Part shown: positions 60,639 through 64,000 of the stretch, piece by piece
Layout of the letters: every line of letters starts with the position of its first letter
How positions within the stretch are numbered: position 1 is the stretch's first letter
Assembly (NCBI GenBank): GCA_041740355.1
Contig: JBGSMD010000020.1
Coordinates: 1-64,000, forward strand
DNA: 64,000 nt
Origin: Bdellovibrionota bacterium
GTDB lineage: Bacteria > Bdellovibrionota_C > UBA2361 > CALJRW01
Direction: 5' to 3'
Program-made: the position numbers and the translations under genes
Notes under the pieces: model-generated
What the model was told of the DNA's origin: nothing
The model's input: the letters and a program-made list of their open reading frames with translations, nothing else
The model's database searches: none

Positions 60639-61325
60639 GTGCTTGTGCAAAATTATCAAATTCTAATTATCGATGACGATCTTTCCTTTACTAATTTGGT
60701 GAAGATTCGTTTGGAGAAAATTCTTAAGAATATTAATGTACAAAACTTTGAATCTTTGGCCTCGGCTGAAAAATTCCTAAAAAAAGCCGATCCCAACTAT
60801 GACCTTGTCGTAATCGATCAACATCTTCCTGATGGACTTGGCAGTGACTTTATCAAAAAAGGACTATTTGGCTCTACGGCCGTTCTATCGATGAGCTCTG
60901 ATCAAGCGATAGAAATTACAGCTAAATCTATCGGTGCAGGCGCAACTTTTTTCCTTCAGAAAGACGATCTTACGAAGCCTTTGTTTGAATATTTAATTCA
61001 TGGCCTTATTCAACGGAATCAAATCGCCAAGGAACTGAGTGATACCAATAAAAAACTGGTCAAACTAGATACCATCAAAAAAATGATTTCAACATTTAAA
61101 CATGAAATTAATAATCCGCTAACAGCAATTTTTGGTGCTTCATTTATTCTTAAACGTAAGTACGAGCATGAGAAAGAGCAGATGGAAGCAATTAGTTTGA
61201 TTGATATTAGCTCGAAAAGAATTAAGGAAATTATTGAAAGCATCGATCGCAATCCCGACTTAACGGAGGAAAGCAAATCCAATCAAAATGTATATAAAAT
61301 TCCTGGTGATAAACCTTGGAAATAG
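60639..61325 (+). CDS. Receiver domain fused to HisKA (DHp) without an ATPase domain
   Basis: IIDDD, VIDQHLPDG and FLQK receiver motifs; H-box KHEINNPL; protein ends without N/G boxes. Confidence 0.85.
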   Translation: MLVQNYQILIIDDDLSFTNLVKIRLEKILKNINVQNFESLASAEKFLKKADPNYDLVVIDQHLPDGLGSDFIKKGLFGSTAVLSMSSDQAIEITAKSIGAGATFFLQKDDLTKPLFEYLIHGLIQRNQIAKELSDTNKKLVKLDTIKKMISTFKHEINNPLTAIFGASFILKRKYEHEKEQMEAISLIDISSKRIKEIIESIDRNPDLTEESKSNQNVYKIPGDKPWK

Positions 61326-61463
61326 TCTGCTTGCAGACTAACCCTAAAGCCTGTTGCGAAGCGAATCAGCTTTAGGACTAATATTAATATTGTTTTATTA
61401 CAATCGACTTTTGCTGAAAAAGTATCGAATTTTTTACATAGATTCTTTCAGCGCTTTATCTGA

Positions 61464-61649
61464 ATGACTATAGAAGCGACCAACGGGAGCCAACAGACAA
61501 ATAGTAAAGCCAACTTAAAAATAGAGTTAAACCAAAGGTTTATCTATAAATTTATATTCTTTAACTACTTCAGGTTAAAAAGAGATAAAAACCAGCAACA
61601 GTCTTAGTTACTCTGTTTTTCGGAAAACCTTTTTGGGGTTTACTATATC
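61464..61649 (+). mobile_element. Repeat family C, copy 2 (MITE-like)
   Basis: Colinear with 53679-53865. Confidence 0.75.
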
Positions 61650-61671
61650 AAATACTGGGCGATTATTTGCC

Positions 61672-61701
61672 AAAAAAAAACGACCCAATGGGTCGTTTTT
61701 T
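61672..61701 (-). terminator. Rho-independent (bidirectional) terminator
   Basis: A9-cgaccc-aat-gggtcg-T6, directly downstream of the RRM-S18 gene. Confidence 0.85.
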
Positions 61702-61723
61702 AAATTCCAGTAACTCCTACGAA

Positions 61724-62248
61724 TTACTTAGAGTATGCCATCAAACCTAAGCTCTGAGCTCGCTTAACAGCTTTCTTCATTTTTCTTTGGTTGTATGAAG
61801 AAAGGCCAGTGTACTTTCTAGAAAGTAATCGCCCACGCTCGCTAACAAATCTTGCTAGAGCATTTACATCACGATATGAAAGTTCTTTAGTTGGGTCCTG
61901 AACATAAGGATCCATTCTGCGATTACGCTTAAAAATTGGAACTCTTTGAATCGGTGGAAAATATTCTTGCTTAGTAGTTTCACGAACTTCAGCAGGTTTA
62001 CCTTTATCAAAGGCAACTTTCATTGGTCGACTATTGATAACTCTTTCGTTCAAAGCTTTAACAGCTTTCTCGGCGTCATCAACATTTTCCATTTCGATGA
62101 AAGCGAATCCACGAGAACGTTTTGTTTCACGGTCAACAGCGATGACAACGCTTAAACATGGACCAAACTCTTCAAACATTACTCTCAAATCGTCGTTAGT
62201 AACTTCAAAATCAATATTGCTTACAAATAATCTTCTTCTTTTTTCCAT
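61724..62248 (-). CDS. rpsR: Fusion of an RRM domain and 30S ribosomal protein bS18
   Basis: RNP2 LFVSNI and RNP1 RGFAFIEM, then SYRDVNALARFVSERGRLLSRKYTG...QRKMKKAVKRAQSLGLM (bS18 core); ATG at 62248 preferred. Confidence 0.88.
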   Translation of the reverse strand: MEKRRRLFVSNIDFEVTNDDLRVMFEEFGPCLSVVIAVDRETKRSRGFAFIEMENVDDAEKAVKALNERVINSRPMKVAFDKGKPAEVRETTKQEYFPPIQRVPIFKRNRRMDPYVQDPTKELSYRDVNALARFVSERGRLLSRKYTGLSSYNQRKMKKAVKRAQSLGLMAYSK

Positions 62249-62275
62249 TGCATTAATTAACAAAATAGCTCGCGA

Positions 62276-62304
62276 ATATTAGTTAATCTGAGGTTTTATG
62301 TCAA
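62276..62304 (-). promoter_or_regulatory. Sigma70 promoter of the RRM-bS18 gene
   Basis: Minus strand TTGACA-17 nt-TAATAT. Confidence 0.7.
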
Positions 62305-62631
62305 GGATTAGGAAAATTCCCAACTTCGCAGCATTTTTGGTTCCAAAACTTACTGTCCTGCTAAGCTATTAAAATTTAAAGCTAAATAAATGCATAATTT
62401 TTATAACTGTGTTTTATAGTTAAGCATCCAGTTTCATTGACAAAAAAATATTTTTTTTATAAATAACAACTTGTTACGCAAGAAATGTCGAAGATTTTTC
62501 TTGACTTAGCTTGTTTAAGTAGTTTATAGAAATTACTTAGTTTTTACTGTAAGTTAGGTTGACGTCCCTTTAGTTAATTTAATTCACTAGTTCGCCTCGG
62601 TTTTATACAGACAGTTTTTTGGAGCCCAATA

Positions 62632-62961
62632 ATGAGTACTAGCAACGCCTATAAGAGATTTGGATTTGAAGATGATGATTCCTTTTCGGAAGCCAAGTCA
62701 GAGGTAAAACCGGAAAGAAACCTGCTTGCAGCAGTTCTTTCTAGAGCAATTTGTGATGCTTTTGGAACGGCACATTGTGAGCGACACGTTGTAAGAAGCG
62801 CACGTCGTTGGATTTTTAGCCAATTAACACCTAAAATTCCTTTTAGTTTTGCTTGGGTTAGTATTCATTTAGATCTTGAACCAACTGAACTTCAAAATAG
62901 CCTTCGTACTTACGAAGATAATCCCGATGACATCCAAGACCGCCTTGCTCTTTTAAAATAG
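62632..62961 (+). CDS. Conserved-looking small helical hypothetical protein
   Basis: GGAG ribosome-binding site; PERNLLAAVL..AI.D, A..W..S and FSF.W....L pattern recalled from deltaproteobacterial hypotheticals. Confidence 0.7.
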   Translation: MSTSNAYKRFGFEDDDSFSEAKSEVKPERNLLAAVLSRAICDAFGTAHCERHVVRSARRWIFSQLTPKIPFSFAWVSIHLDLEPTELQNSLRTYEDNPDDIQDRLALLK

Positions 62962-62978
62962 TTCTTAAATAGATACTC

Positions 62979-63170
62979 GTGGATTACTCTAAGAAATTTA
63001 TCAGAAACTTTATCTTGATAGTTTCCTTAGTACTAGTTGCACGAGTTCTTTACACTGCAATTGAAGTTAATAACTGGAGAGGGTTTGCTTACTCCACATT
63101 ACATATCTTAATTGTGGGAGTCGGTGCATTTTTTGCACTAAGCGGAATAAGAAACAAGCAGCCAAAGTAA
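62979..63170 (+). CDS. Small two-TM membrane protein
   Basis: Two hydrophobic segments with basic flanks; GTG start. Confidence 0.5.
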   Translation: MDYSKKFIRNFILIVSLVLVARVLYTAIEVNNWRGFAYSTLHILIVGVGAFFALSGIRNKQPK

Positions 63171-63326
63171 CTCGTAAGCACTTTCTAGTAAAAATCATCA
63201 ATCAGAGATAATAACATGACGGACAGTCCATACACTGCCTTCTGCCCTTTTTATACCTATAGCCTTTACTTAAACAATTATAAATTCTTTTGGGACCTAA
63301 AAGGAATAGAAGGAGAAATGGTAGAA

Positions 63327-63743
63327 TTAGTGCCAAGTAATCTTCTTATCATCCATAACTTCGATAGTTTCACCAGAAAAATCTTTACTGGTATCCTCTC
63401 CTGACATTTTCATTTGTTGAACAACAATTGCAGAATTCTTAGTTAAATCATTCCAGCGAGTTTCAACAGTTTTCTTAAAGCGAATTAATTTATAAGCAAG
63501 GACAGAGAACACAACGCCAAAGAAAACAAAAAACATGCCAAATAAAACTGCGAAAAATTTAGGAAACAGTATTACCCCAACCCCAAAAGTTGCTAATAAA
63601 ATACCCACGGAAAATATCAAGGAGCCTGGATTAAGAACAGAGTTAATTACCACAAATTGAGGTTGAACTTTACTTTGCATACGCTCAACTTTGGATTTAA
63701 AAAATGTTTTCATAATAATCTTAATATTGGCCTTACAGTACAA
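63327..63743 (-). CDS. Hypothetical membrane protein
   Basis: Two hydrophobic helices and a C-terminal KKITWH tail; start uncertain. Confidence 0.6.
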   Translation of the reverse strand: MYCKANIKIIMKTFFKSKVERMQSKVQPQFVVINSVLNPGSLIFSVGILLATFGVGVILFPKFFAVLFGMFFVFFGVVFSVLAYKLIRFKKTVETRWNDLTKNSAIVVQQMKMSGEDTSKDFSGETIEVMDDKKITWH

Positions 63744-64000
63744 CTGAAAAGGTCATTTAAACTTAGAGTTATTTAACAATAACTTGGGTACCAATGACAA
63801 GGGTCTCAAAACATAGATGATAGAATTTATTCAGATATCAGACGTAGTGATTTGAAAATATTCACAAAAATACTTGAGAACTGAACATTCTACCGATCTA
63901 ATTATTTATTCAAAAATTGATCGGAAGTACAAATAAGGAATAACTTTATCAAACAGTACACTTCTGCTAATAATCATCATTAACCCTAATTTCAAGTTAA

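Noticed and set aside
1-64000. CRISPR array, tRNA, rRNA or transposase
   Set aside because: No regularly spaced repeat-spacer run, cloverleaf, rRNA-like segment or transposase ORF was found by eye; repeat families A-D are dispersed, not arrayed.

Overview
AT-rich bacterial chromosome segment. The gene mix (trypsin-like lipoprotein, type IV minor pilins, archaeal/eukaryotic-type ProRS, PsrA-like TetR, deltaproteobacterial-style hypotheticals) suggests a Bdellovibrionota/deltaproteobacterial-like lineage; this is an inference. Contents: two paralogous head-to-head four-gene minor-pilin cassettes (357-8773); housekeeping genes (gdhA, ampG, plsC, kdsB, purKE, lspA, dacB, MltD-like, leuA, tyrA, pheA, Shemin-pathway hemA, proS); a defence cassette (MmeI-like type IIL RM gene plus a DUF3800 gene) facing a small convergent promoter-to-terminator RNA; three large effector-like orphans, two sharing a 5' leader; and several families of 150-230 bp structured intergenic repeats, two with compensatory base changes. 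The most striking items are a stand-alone RRM-ribosomal protein bS18 fusion with its own promoter and terminator, the DUF3800/convergent sRNA pair, a pseudoknotted repeat RNA at gene 3' ends, and a 29-aa bS22/mS38-like gene missed by the ORF track. No rRNA, tRNA, CRISPR array or transposase was seen. All calls come from reading motifs by eye; no searches were run.
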